Of a stretch of DNA of 64,000 nt, positions 37,177 to 45,628 are shown piece after piece. A program made the translations under genes and the position numbers. The notes under the pieces are model-generated. The model ran no database searches. It was given only the letters and a program-made list of their open reading frames with translations, and had not been told where the DNA came from. Source of the stretch: a virus (taxonomy: Duplodnaviria; Caudoviricetes); IMG/VR virus record IMGVR_UViG_3300009031_000221, positions 352,001 through 416,000 of that record. One strand, 5' to 3'. The number at the start of each line of letters is the position of its first letter. The first letter of the stretch is position 1.

Positions 37177-37428
37177 TTAGACTTGCCAAGCCGGGGGCTT
37201 GGGCATTGGGGGAGTCGGTTCCGACCACCACCAACCCGCCCAGTCGATTTCGTTGGCCATCTTGACATTGGTCGTCAATTCGCCGTCAACGATCATGACC
37301 ACGATTTCATGTGCCCGAAGGCCGTCCTGGGTAGCGGTCTGGTAGCGACCCGGCTTGGTCGGCATTTCCTTCTGCCAGTGTCCATCCAAGTACTTCTGCC
37401 ACAAATCTTTCAGCGAAGACGATCCCAT
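37177..37428 (-). CDS. hypothetical phage protein
   Basis: WQKEMPTKPGRY...WWW..P.P.P; first gene after promoter copy 9. Confidence 0.6.
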   Translation of the reverse strand: MGSSSLKDLWQKYLDGHWQKEMPTKPGRYQTATQDGLRAHEIVVMIVDGELTTNVKMANEIDWAGWWWSEPTPPMPKPPAWQV

Positions 37429-37466
37429 GTCCGGTTCCTTCAGGCATCGTTCGTGCCCTGTGATTC

Positions 37467-37493
37467 ATCTACGCTGGAAGGATGGAAAGTAAG
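37467..37493 (-). promoter_or_regulatory. promoter-like motif, copy 9
   Basis: atctacgc-tggaaggatgga-aagtaag. Confidence 0.75.
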
Positions 37494-38141
37494 TCAATGG
37501 TCATTGACCAGGGTTGCTGCCAACCCAATGGCAATCAGGTTGATGGGGTGTACACGATAGGCGTAGTGCGCCGCCCAGGCATGCTCGAACGGGGTTTCGG
37601 GCTTTCCGCCCTCTGGAACCCGTGCTTCCCGAAAGGCTGCTCGTGCCGCCATTTGCATAGTGCGATTCTTCTCGTCGTATCCTGCCAGAAGCATTGCGAC
37701 TTCGATTTCTTCGAGGTCGCGGTCACCAGCGATCCACTTGTCCGCCCAGTTATGCAGGTCTCCATCCGAAACCCCACCGTGGCATGCTTCCTTGGCACAC
37801 AGGATGCCGAACTTCACGCACTGTTCGTTCGTAGGCTTGGCGAACCCGACGATCTCACGGATCAAGGTCAGTTCCGTAGAACCTCCACGATAGCCGTACT
37901 CGATTCGGGTATCCCCGGAAGCTTCCGCCTCAAACATCCGCATGTTGTTCGATTGAACCTGGTGGTGTTCCGCCATCGGGTTCATGAGGAGGGCAAGCAT
38001 CGGGTCAGGATACCAGTGCAACCAACCCGGGCCGCAAAGGTTTCCTTCACCGCTAGTCGTCGCCTTTTCCCCCAAGGTCCATTGGAACTTGTTGCAAGTT
38101 TGCATGTTCTTGTCGGTCAACTTGTAAACTCGCATGCCCAT
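37494..38141 (-). CDS. conserved phage hypothetical protein
   Basis: YKLTD..M.T...FQW..G...G.LC..GWLH.Y..P. Confidence 0.65.
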   Translation of the reverse strand: MGMRVYKLTDKNMQTCNKFQWTLGEKATTSGEGNLCGPGWLHWYPDPMLALLMNPMAEHHQVQSNNMRMFEAEASGDTRIEYGYRGGSTELTLIREIVGFAKPTNEQCVKFGILCAKEACHGGVSDGDLHNWADKWIAGDRDLEEIEVAMLLAGYDEKNRTMQMAARAAFREARVPEGGKPETPFEHAWAAHYAYRVHPINLIAIGLAATLVNDH

Positions 38142-38147
38142 ACCCTT

Positions 38148-38357
38148 CTAGTAGTTTGCGTTGTGGTAGACGACATTGACGGCATCAGCCACGGTCATGG
38201 CCTCATAGGGACTCACGTAGCCATGGTATTGTTCCTTGACGAGTTGGTTCAACCGATCCGCTTCGATGACGGCTTCCTCACGGGTCGTGGAAATGAAATC
38301 GAAGGACGTATCATCACATTGCATGACGGTGAACAATTCGGAAGCCGATGTCTTCAT
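38148..38357 (-). CDS. hypothetical protein
   Basis: 69-aa ORF with SD. Confidence 0.5.
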   Translation of the reverse strand: MKTSASELFTVMQCDDTSFDFISTTREEAVIEADRLNQLVKEQYHGYVSPYEAMTVADAVNVVYHNANY

Positions 38358-38361
38358 GGCG

Positions 38362-38709
38362 CTACTCCTTGGCCCAGGACTCTGCGGGTTCGTCGGACTT
38401 GGGATCGTTTGCCTTCATGGCATCGGGCATCAACGCCTTGATCCTCACGTTCAATGCGTCGCGCCGCCGCAGCAAATCCCGCATCTCTGCGTCGATAATC
38501 AACGAGTCCTTGCGGGCGTAGAACGCATCGGAGAAGTCCTTTCCGAATAGGTCTGCCAAGAAGCCAATGCGTTCCGCTTCGCAACGTTGCTGCGTGTAGG
38601 CGTCGTAGGCAGCAAACTCCCAATTGGTCATTTCCTCCGCTTTGTCGAAGTAGTTGATCCGCAGGCTACCGGCAGATCTTCCTTTCACAATCAGGTCCGC
38701 ATTCTTCAT
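38362..38709 (-). CDS. hypothetical protein
   Basis: First gene after promoter copy 10. Confidence 0.55.
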   Translation of the reverse strand: MKNADLIVKGRSAGSLRINYFDKAEEMTNWEFAAYDAYTQQRCEAERIGFLADLFGKDFSDAFYARKDSLIIDAEMRDLLRRRDALNVRIKALMPDAMKANDPKSDEPAESWAKE

Positions 38710-38750
38710 CGTCAGTTCCTATCTAGGGATCATTCGTCCCCACGCGAAGT

Positions 38751-38777
38751 ATCTACGCTGGATTGCCTGAAAGTAAG
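38751..38777 (-). promoter_or_regulatory. promoter-like motif, copy 10
   Basis: atctacgc-tggattgcctga-aagtaag. Confidence 0.75.
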
Positions 38778-39127
38778 CTAACCCGACAAAATGGATGTGG
38801 AGGTTCAGACTCCATGTCAAACGGGGTGCTGATGAATGCCCTAAGTGTGTCGAATAATGATGATCCGGTTGATTCCGCCGTCTTAAAAACCAGTTCCCAG
38901 AATTCTACTTCCGGCAAGAATTCATACCGATCCACAGGGCAAAGGTATCGTATGTAAGGAATGCATCGCCCATCATTACGTGCCTCAAAGGCCCATTCAA
39001 TCAGGGTTGCTTTGTTGGCAAATGCGAAGGCTTCCTTCCACCATGGAAAGTAACTATGTTCCCATAGGAAATGCCGCCCTTGGACGGACAATAGTTGGTA
39101 TTTCTCCCAGAGGGTTGTTTGATCCAT
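38753..39127 (-). CDS. hypothetical protein, paralog of 40586-40927
   Basis: GRHFLW..YFPW, LPE.E.W.LVF, PF....PPHPF. Confidence 0.6.
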   Translation of the reverse strand: MDQTTLWEKYQLLSVQGRHFLWEHSYFPWWKEAFAFANKATLIEWAFEARNDGRCIPYIRYLCPVDRYEFLPEVEFWELVFKTAESTGSSLFDTLRAFISTPFDMESEPPHPFCRVSLLSGNPA

Positions 39128-39131
39128 GACC

Positions 39132-39500
39132 TTAGACCACAACCACGGTGCGGAACTTCTTTCCCGCTTGAACCAAGGCGAATGCGAATCCTGAACCCTC
39201 CACGGTAACAAGCATGTCCGCTACCTTGGTATCCAGGCTGATATGCCCGACTGGCACACCGTTGATCTTGACTCCAGGCAATCCCTTCTTCGCATCCCCT
39301 CGGGAATCGAACGGGAACACGGCGAGGTTGCTGAACCCGAACTTTTGACCGTTGATGGTCATCGGTGCCTTGTCGATGTCCTGTTTGACTAGGAGATCCG
39401 CCAACGTCATGTCCTCCGCTTCCTTGTCATGGATCCATGCCGCCCCAACCTTCAGCAAGGCTAGGAGGGTATGGATATGCCATGTAGCGGTGGTAGCCAT
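39132..39500 (-). CDS. hypothetical protein
   Basis: 122-aa ORF. Confidence 0.55.
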   Translation of the reverse strand: MATTATWHIHTLLALLKVGAAWIHDKEAEDMTLADLLVKQDIDKAPMTINGQKFGFSNLAVFPFDSRGDAKKGLPGVKINGVPVGHISLDTKVADMLVTVEGSGFAFALVQAGKKFRTVVVV

Positions 39501-39503
39501 GAT

Positions 39504-39710
39504 CTAATAGCACTCCCGAAGTGTTCCGACGGTCTCGCCCGTTTCCTTGTCAACCACCGCCTGATAGTTGCCGTCCGCGTCCCCCGTAGGAACAACGTCC
39601 GCCTTGTCCAGGAGGGCGCTGGCCTCGTCGATACCCAGAGCACGCCGCATGGCCTCCCAGGTGGACTTGCCGCCCGACTGACGGCCATCTTGATGCTTGT
39701 AGACGTACAT
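39504..39710 (-). CDS. hypothetical protein
   Basis: 68-aa ORF. Confidence 0.5.
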   Translation of the reverse strand: MYVYKHQDGRQSGGKSTWEAMRRALGIDEASALLDKADVVPTGDADGNYQAVVDKETGETVGTLRECY

Positions 39711-39713
39711 GGT

Positions 39714-39920
39714 TCAATTCCCCCGATAGACGGGCAGGTTGTACTCCGCGGCGAATTCCTCGGCTTCCTGCTTCGTGTTGAAGAAGTCTAACCAGAAGTC
39801 CGTGCCATCGACCTGAACGGCCCAACCGGCTTCTCCGTTCTCATCCGTGGGGTAGATGCGAACCATCACATGTTGGTCCATGTAATTCTGGCGCTGTTGC
39901 ATGACTTCAGTGATGCGCAT
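39714..39920 (-). CDS. hypothetical protein
   Basis: First gene after promoter copy 11. Confidence 0.55.
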   Translation of the reverse strand: MRITEVMQQRQNYMDQHVMVRIYPTDENGEAGWAVQVDGTDFWLDFFNTKQEAEEFAAEYNLPVYRGN

Positions 39921-39955
39921 GGAAGTTCCTTTGTAGGGATCCTCGTCCCTACTTT

Positions 39956-39982
39956 ATCTACGCTGCTAGGGACGAAAGTAAG
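39956..39982 (-). promoter_or_regulatory. promoter-like motif, copy 11
   Basis: atctacgc-tgctagggacga-aagtaag. Confidence 0.75.
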
Positions 39983-40029
39983 CCTTCGCGGGTAACATAC
40001 GCATCATGCTCCCATAGGAGCAATAACAG

Positions 40030-40266
40030 ATGAGGTTCCCGATGTCCGCATTTCTAACCGCTATCGCAATGACATTGGCTGTTTTCAGCCCCGCCGATTC
40101 AGAATACGTGCCTATGACGTGTACGCAGCGGCATTGTAACATCGACACGAACTGTAGCTTTCGCTACAGCGCTTGGGCATGCATGTGTTGCCATTGCTGG
40201 ACGGATCACTGCGTTCCCGTGTCCCCGTGCCAGCCTGATCAGGGCTCATCTCCCGCATGTGATTAA
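40030..40266 (+). CDS. putative secreted Cys-rich miniprotein
   Basis: Signal-peptide-like N-terminus followed by 10 Cys in about 50 aa. Confidence 0.5.
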   Translation: MRFPMSAFLTAIAMTLAVFSPADSEYVPMTCTQRHCNIDTNCSFRYSAWACMCCHCWTDHCVPVSPCQPDQGSSPACD

Positions 40267-40334
40267 TAGCTTCTCATGGGTAATGTATGTTACACGTTCC
40301 AATGATGGTGACGTGATACACACAGAGGTTACCT

Positions 40335-40589
40335 ATGGCTATGAATGCTTATGAAATCCGCTATGCGGTATTGTGCGATGCCCGTCAGATGCTTCAGGAT
40401 CAGTGGCACGTTGCCGTTGACTATGCCCAGTCGAAAGGCCCTAGTCGTTTTAGCTCCGGTGGAGTTGAAGCGGAAATTGACGAACCGTTGCCGCCTGCTC
40501 CGACCATTGAAGCTATCATGAAGTTGGCGAACGAAATGTACGATTTCGTACAGCAGTCCGCGCCGCCTCGTGCCCCTGTCAAGGGCTAG
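40335..40589 (+). CDS. conserved small phage protein
   Basis: NAYEIR..VL..A..ML...P..E.I...A..MY.FV; GAGGT SD. Confidence 0.7.
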   Translation: MAMNAYEIRYAVLCDARQMLQDQWHVAVDYAQSKGPSRFSSGGVEAEIDEPLPPAPTIEAIMKLANEMYDFVQQSAPPRAPVKG

Positions 40590-40927
40590 ACTTTGACGGC
40601 GAATGGGTGCGGCGGGTCTAGTGACCGTTCAAATGGTGCGAATGCCATCCTTTTGAACGCATTCAACCTCGATACCTTCCATTCCTTTGCCTTGGCAAAC
40701 ACCATTGCCCATAGTTCATCTTCGGGCATGAGCGTGTATCCATCAAACTGGGGAGGGATGCGTTTAATGTAGATGGGGTCACCCGCATTAAACGCATCCT
40801 CATCCAGGATGGACATGACGACATCCCTTTTGTTCATCCATGGGTACTGCCAAGCGTGCCAGATCTTGTGGCGTCCTGCCTTGGTTCGCATGAATTGAAT
40901 CAGGAATGTGTCAAGTTTGGGACTCAT
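40586..40927 (-). CDS. hypothetical protein, paralog of 38753-39127
   Basis: GRHKIW..QYPW, MPEDELWAMVF, PF....PPHPF. Confidence 0.6.
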   Translation of the reverse strand: MSPKLDTFLIQFMRTKAGRHKIWHAWQYPWMNKRDVVMSILDEDAFNAGDPIYIKRIPPQFDGYTLMPEDELWAMVFAKAKEWKVSRLNAFKRMAFAPFERSLDPPHPFAVKV

Positions 40928-41643
40928 GCAAACAATGTCTTGACCAGGGGGCGAACCAAGGCAAGCACCAGCATGTCGTAGGCGAAGTGGACGAAGATGG
41001 CGGCGGGCAGACCATAGGTGAACATGACCCAGAACAGCGCCATGCCGATGAACCAGGAGTTGATGACCCCCAGGATTCCTTGGTACTTGTGCCCGTCACG
41101 GAAGAAGGCGTTCGCAGTCAGCATCGCAGCGCCAACCTGCCAACCAGCCGGATGGAACAGGTAGCCGTGCAGATGCTCCCCGGTCGTCCAGTTCGCCAAC
41201 GGTCCCCACGCATGCATGTGGAACCATTCAGCGATGCCGAAGCCCGCCCACTTGAAGAACAGGAAGTTGCCGAAGACCAAACCACCGATGACACCGTAGA
41301 AGGCGATCCAACGGAAGTAGATCTCCTCGAAGATACCAGCCAGGACGGAAACGATGGTGCCCTGCACGAACATCGACCCCACGGAATCCTCGGCGTCGAA
41401 GATGCGGTTGTAATTTCCCCGCGTGGCGTAGTGCCAGAACGCCCCCAGGAACGCGAGAGTGCCGCCCCAGGCGAAGATAGGCCACACGGACTTGCACCAC
41501 TCGCTGACGGTGCCACGGGAAGTCCACACGCCAAAGACGTGCCATGGAAGAAGTTCCGGCCACCACGTGTGGACGATCAAGATCATGATGGCCGCACCCA
41601 CAACGGTTGGCCCTTTCCAAGATGTGTTCTCGCTATCGCTCAC
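40924..41643 (-). CDS. CPBP/Abi (CAAX-type) intramembrane metalloprotease
   Basis: EEIYFR, F..GH, HFAYD; multi-TM; GTG start with AAGGAGGT SD. Confidence 0.82.
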   Translation of the reverse strand: MSDSENTSWKGPTVVGAAIMILIVHTWWPELLPWHVFGVWTSRGTVSEWCKSVWPIFAWGGTLAFLGAFWHYATRGNYNRIFDAEDSVGSMFVQGTIVSVLAGIFEEIYFRWIAFYGVIGGLVFGNFLFFKWAGFGIAEWFHMHAWGPLANWTTGEHLHGYLFHPAGWQVGAAMLTANAFFRDGHKYQGILGVINSWFIGMALFWVMFTYGLPAAIFVHFAYDMLVLALVRPLVKTLFA

Positions 41644-41681
41644 GGCATACCTCCTTGCCCACACATACGGGGGCTCGGAGC

Positions 41682-41708
41682 ATCTACGCCGATTACGCTA
41701 GAAGTAAG
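41682..41708 (-). promoter_or_regulatory. promoter-like motif, copy 12
   Basis: atctacgc-cgattacgctag-aagtaag. Confidence 0.75.
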
Positions 41709-41821
41709 TCACTAAGCGGACTTGATTACCACTCCCCACGCATATAGGACTTCAGGTTCCACTTCTTTCCCGTCACATGGTCATTCATGTTTCGGTAATG
41801 TCATTATAGCCGAACGCTAAC

Positions 41822-42511
41822 ATGATTACATGCACATATTGCCAAATAGATCACATTGGGCCAGGTAAACTATGTCCTAAATGTGCGGTTGACCGACGAG
41901 ATGCTGCAAAAAGGCATCGGGAAAAGCTAATCCAAGCAGGATTATGTATTCGATGCGGTAAAAACCCGCCCCGACAAGGGCACAAAACATGTATATGTGC
42001 CCCAGAATACATGAAATCACGGTCGGATCGCCTTGCTAAATCTAAGCAATGTGTTGGATGTGCAGCCCCTCTACCCAAAGATGATACGCGGAAATGGTGC
42101 TCTGAATGTAGATCTGATGATGTTGTGCGAAATCAAGAACGCCGAAAGCAGCGCATAACGTCAGGTGTTTGTTTACGCTGTGGAGAAGACAGGCAAGGGA
42201 ACACTGGTTGGTGCCCTAATTGCCGTAGAAAGCTCCGGGATGAGGAACGCAACCTGAAACTTCAAGTTATTGCGGCTTATGGTGGGGCTTGTTCATGTTG
42301 CGGGGAATTGGATCCCAGATTTCTTACAATCGATCATGTGGAAGGGGGAGGATCCAAACATCGTGAGGAAATTAAAGGGAAATTGTATCGTTGGGTGCGG
42401 AACAATAATTTCCCATCCAGCCTTCAAATACTATGTTTCAATTGCAACTGCGGCAGATCCGTCAATGGAGGGGTTTGTCCACACAAGGATCAGCACAAGT
42501 CTTCGATATAG
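41822..42511 (+). CDS. HNH endonuclease with N-terminal CxxC repeats
   Basis: Repeated GLC.RCG..C units; YGGACSCCGE...LTIDH...LQILCFNCN. Confidence 0.85.
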   Translation: MITCTYCQIDHIGPGKLCPKCAVDRRDAAKRHREKLIQAGLCIRCGKNPPRQGHKTCICAPEYMKSRSDRLAKSKQCVGCAAPLPKDDTRKWCSECRSDDVVRNQERRKQRITSGVCLRCGEDRQGNTGWCPNCRRKLRDEERNLKLQVIAAYGGACSCCGELDPRFLTIDHVEGGGSKHREEIKGKLYRWVRNNNFPSSLQILCFNCNCGRSVNGGVCPHKDQHKSSI

Positions 42512-43171
42512 CCTTTCATATACCGTGCAGCTGTAGTGCGTTTTCCGGTAACGTGATGGACTACAATATCGTCCTGCATTCGTATGGTGATTGTCTTATC
42601 CCCTCTTGCGCCCCCACCTATCTGACCTTTCCGCACTCCATTAGTTTTATTGTGCCCCTCGGATTTCTGGGATTCTGCTAATCGTGCCCTCAATAGCTGC
42701 ATAGCAGTTACTTTGTTCTGAGTTTGGCTACGCTCTGATTCACACCGGACAAGAGTTCCAGTGGGGATGTGTAACAGCTGAACTGCGGAATCGGTCTTAT
42801 TCACGTGCTGGCCTCCTTTTCCCCCAGCCCGACAATAAGTCCATCGTAGGTCCTTATCCGCTATAGATTGTTCTTTGTCCGAAGGGACAACCAAAATAGC
42901 AACCGTTATCGTAGACGTATGTACCCTGCCCCGCTTCTCCGTAGGAGAAATACGTTGCCATCTATGGCCACCTGGTTCATTCTTGAATAGGTCAGAAGCA
43001 TTTTTCCCGGTCACGCGAATGACGACAATGCCGGGACGATCTTCTACGAGTTCGAGGTCAAAGGAAGTTCCGTTCTGCGTACCGGACATAGATGCCTAGC
43101 TGGTCATAAACCAAACCCTTCGCATCTGCACCACCTTCCCCCGATCTCACTTCAACGATTATAGTTTCCAC
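42490..43171 (-). CDS. class-I peptide chain release factor homolog (no domain 1), made by a +1 programmed frameshift
   Basis: GTG 43171 gives 37 codons (METIIVEVRSGEGGADAK...YVRYAERNFL) ending CTT-TGA-C at 43063-43057. The +1 frame continues DLELVED...GGHRWQRISPTEKRGRVHTS...GGQHVNKTDSAV, about 226 aa in total. Confidence 0.88.
43057..43063 (-). promoter_or_regulatory. prfB-type +1 ribosomal frameshift site CTT-TGA-C
   Basis: Minus strand ...CGG AAC TTC CTT TGA CCT CGA...; joins two RF-homologous segments without a gap. Confidence 0.8.
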
Positions 43172-43180
43172 GTTACCCCC

Positions 43181-44131
43181 TTAGATTCCGAGACGCTTGC
43201 ACACCCACCATGCCCAACTCTTGGACATTTTGAAGTGCTTGTTCAGTTGCGATGCTGTCAATCCAGCGGATCGAAGCTGCTTGAATTCTTCCTCCACGGT
43301 ATCAATTTGGCATGATGCTTTATGTTTGATGTTTAGCTTGTATTGGAAACACGGTGGACAAAATGGGCGGATCATTCTTACCAGGTCATTCCGTTGTCCC
43401 ACACGTGCCAAAGTCAAAATGAAGCCCCTTTGATCTGATCTACGATTCACTTTTGGAGTCCACCCATACAAATCATGTAGACGATCACGCAAAAATATGA
43501 CATCGGTCTCATCGAATCCATCCGTATGAAATACCATTCGATAACCGTGGTTGGATGTTGCACCATCACCCCAATACCAGTGGGCTAGGGAGATAGGGTT
43601 AAGGTCTACATCCTTTGGAATGCACTTCACTCCATCTGGGTACCACCGTTTACGTTGCTCTGTAAAGGGTTGGTATTTTCGGGTACGCAACATAACTGTC
43701 CCTTTGCCCTTAACGATGTTTCCATTGATTTGGCTATATCGAGGTTTTCGGATGCTCCGTGTACACTGAATGCCCGCGTTTATGAGTGCCACTTCCACAG
43801 CATCAACCCAACTTTCGTGTACGGGCGTTTGTTCTAGGCATAATCGACCCTCGCTATTTGCACTCAATTCAATCCAAGCATCCCCAAGCAACAAGCCATC
43901 TATAATACTTAGGAGATTCGGATCTATCAGAAATGTCTTATGCCGACCCAGATTTGACGCTTCTGTGGGTGTCCGCAGATCAACCCCCATATTAACCAAC
44001 CTGCGATGTATCGTTGTTCTTCCGACACCAAGTTTTCGACTGATCTCCGCTTCTGAAGATCCCTCGAGGTACATCGCTTGGATGTGATTATCAGGCAGTT
44101 GTTTACTTGGCCTTCCAACAGGATTAGACAT
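43181..44131 (-). CDS. LAGLIDADG homing endonuclease with HTH
   Basis: IIDGLLLGDA and LAHWYWGDG motifs; F.TDGF; N-terminal HTH. Confidence 0.85.
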   Translation of the reverse strand: MSNPVGRPSKQLPDNHIQAMYLEGSSEAEISRKLGVGRTTIHRRLVNMGVDLRTPTEASNLGRHKTFLIDPNLLSIIDGLLLGDAWIELSANSEGRLCLEQTPVHESWVDAVEVALINAGIQCTRSIRKPRYSQINGNIVKGKGTVMLRTRKYQPFTEQRKRWYPDGVKCIPKDVDLNPISLAHWYWGDGATSNHGYRMVFHTDGFDETDVIFLRDRLHDLYGWTPKVNRRSDQRGFILTLARVGQRNDLVRMIRPFCPPCFQYKLNIKHKASCQIDTVEEEFKQLRSAGLTASQLNKHFKMSKSWAWWVCKRLGI

Positions 44132-44152
44132 GACTTCCCCCCTCAGGCGCCC

Positions 44153-44181
44153 ATATTATCAGGTACTGAGATTCATGTCAA
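44153..44181 (-). promoter_or_regulatory. sigma70-like promoter
   Basis: TTGACA-17 nt-TAATAT on the minus strand, upstream of the LAGLIDADG and RF genes. Confidence 0.5.
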
Positions 44182-44224
44182 CACAATTTCAGTGTGCATT
44201 ATTTACGCTAATATGTGTTATTGG

Positions 44225-44542
44225 CTAAAGGTGCTTGTCAAGCAATTCAATGAGGGAAGCCTTGGGCTTTGCCCCAAAGGTCTTCTCCACTTCCTTCCCA
44301 CCCTTGAAGACCAGCAATGCCGGAATCGAGGCTACTCCGTAGGTATGGGTGATTGCTAAATTGTCATCAACATTCAACTTGCACACCTTCACACGCCCGG
44401 CGTATTCATCCGCTAGTTGATCCACAATGGGGGACAACATACGGCATGGGCCACACCAGGGCGCCCAGAAGTCGACTAGGACAGGCAAGGTGGAATTGAG
44501 GACTTCGCTTTCAAAGTTCTCGGATGTAACTACAACACTCAT
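44225..44542 (-). CDS. trxA: thioredoxin
   Basis: VLVDFWAPWCGPC, cis-Pro SIP. Confidence 0.95.
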   Translation of the reverse strand: MSVVVTSENFESEVLNSTLPVLVDFWAPWCGPCRMLSPIVDQLADEYAGRVKVCKLNVDDNLAITHTYGVASIPALLVFKGGKEVEKTFGAKPKASLIELLDKHL

Positions 44543-44581
44543 GACACTCTCCTAGCACGGTAATTCTAGCACACTACTTCA

Positions 44582-44905
44582 TTAGGGTACAAGCTCTTCC
44601 TCAGTGCAATTTTCTTCCCAACGATCATTCCACTGAACATGCAACTTGATGTCCACCAAGACTCCGGCCACATCCTTATGGTCATACCGATTCAGACGAA
44701 GCATCCCGGAGAACAACCGTGCCATGGCCTGCTCGAGGGGATCCTTGGATTCTGTTGCGAGGACATCCAACTCAGTGATTGCTTCTAGATCGCAATCCTT
44801 GGGCTCCGGATGTTCAAACCAATTCCGGGTTACGGTGAGGGCTACTCGTTCCCGTTCGTGCCGAAAATGATAGTTCGGTGTCGATACCTCTAAAGGAATA
44901 CTCAT
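44582..44905 (-). CDS. hypothetical protein
   Basis: Start moved to MSIPL. Confidence 0.5.
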   Translation of the reverse strand: MSIPLEVSTPNYHFRHERERVALTVTRNWFEHPEPKDCDLEAITELDVLATESKDPLEQAMARLFSGMLRLNRYDHKDVAGVLVDIKLHVQWNDRWEENCTEEELVP

Positions 44906-44906
44906 G

Positions 44907-45623
44907 TTACTCCGGTTGAACAAAGGGCTTGCACTGCTCCAGGATGGAACGGCATGCCGCCAAGTCAAACTTGTCATCCGCGGTACGAACCCCGGATTCC
45001 ATGTCAATCCAGAACGGGGCGTCTACGGGTCCAATCTCTTTGAGGACTTCTAGGACATTTGCGGGCTTGATTCCGCCAGCATAGCCCATGGTCACGCCCT
45101 GAGGGTTCACAGGCCACTTGAAGGTCTCGATACCACGCCCGCCGGAAGGATCATAGAGAAGGCTGGCCTTTCCGGTATTGAACTGAACGTTGATCAATGC
45201 GGCATCGGTAGCGGCAATTTGCAGTTGGTCTTCCTTACGAACCTGCAAAATGAACTCGAGTGGCCATAGGCGAGCCATGCCAATGAACGCCTTGTCTGCC
45301 GGGGCGTTGTATCCATTGAGTTGGATTCTGTCGAACTCAATCTTGTCTTGTAGCCAATTATCCTTGCCCGCAAGCGTATCCCGTGCTATTTGGCCGCAGA
45401 AGTGTGCTGCCAAACGCATCTGAGGTTTGTTGTTGACAAAGCTCTTGCGCCAAAGATCACGGAGCTTCGCAACCCATTCTGCCGATGGATAACGAGGCGA
45501 GCCTGTCCGTTTCGGGGAGAACAGAATCGCCCACTCGACAAACGGAAACTCCAGGCTCAAGGCCAGGAGATCTTCGGGATTGATGAGGTCATCGGCACCC
45601 GTCAGAGAAACTTTAGTCAACAT
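44907..45623 (-). CDS. TrpF-like TIM-barrel protein
   Basis: V..TG.D, RYPS, AH.CG, R.QLN, L.D.SGG.G, GYAGGI.P.N, WIDMESGVR. Confidence 0.7.
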   Translation of the reverse strand: MLTKVSLTGADDLINPEDLLALSLEFPFVEWAILFSPKRTGSPRYPSAEWVAKLRDLWRKSFVNNKPQMRLAAHFCGQIARDTLAGKDNWLQDKIEFDRIQLNGYNAPADKAFIGMARLWPLEFILQVRKEDQLQIAATDAALINVQFNTGKASLLYDPSGGRGIETFKWPVNPQGVTMGYAGGIKPANVLEVLKEIGPVDAPFWIDMESGVRTADDKFDLAACRSILEQCKPFVQPE

Positions 45624-45628
45624 TGTTG

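Noticed and set aside
37482-38441. Long + strand ORFs (e.g. 37482-38441, 40906-41715, 49600-50487, 51411-52181, 54418-55122, 60127-61041)
   Set aside because: They are antisense shadows of recognisable minus-strand genes, with no motifs of their own; expected at this GC content.
43181-44224. LAGLIDADG as an intron or intein separating a missing RF domain 1
   Set aside because: Upstream lies only a 93-nt gap and a complete trxA. No RF domain 1 exon is visible, and the RF has its own SD and GTG.
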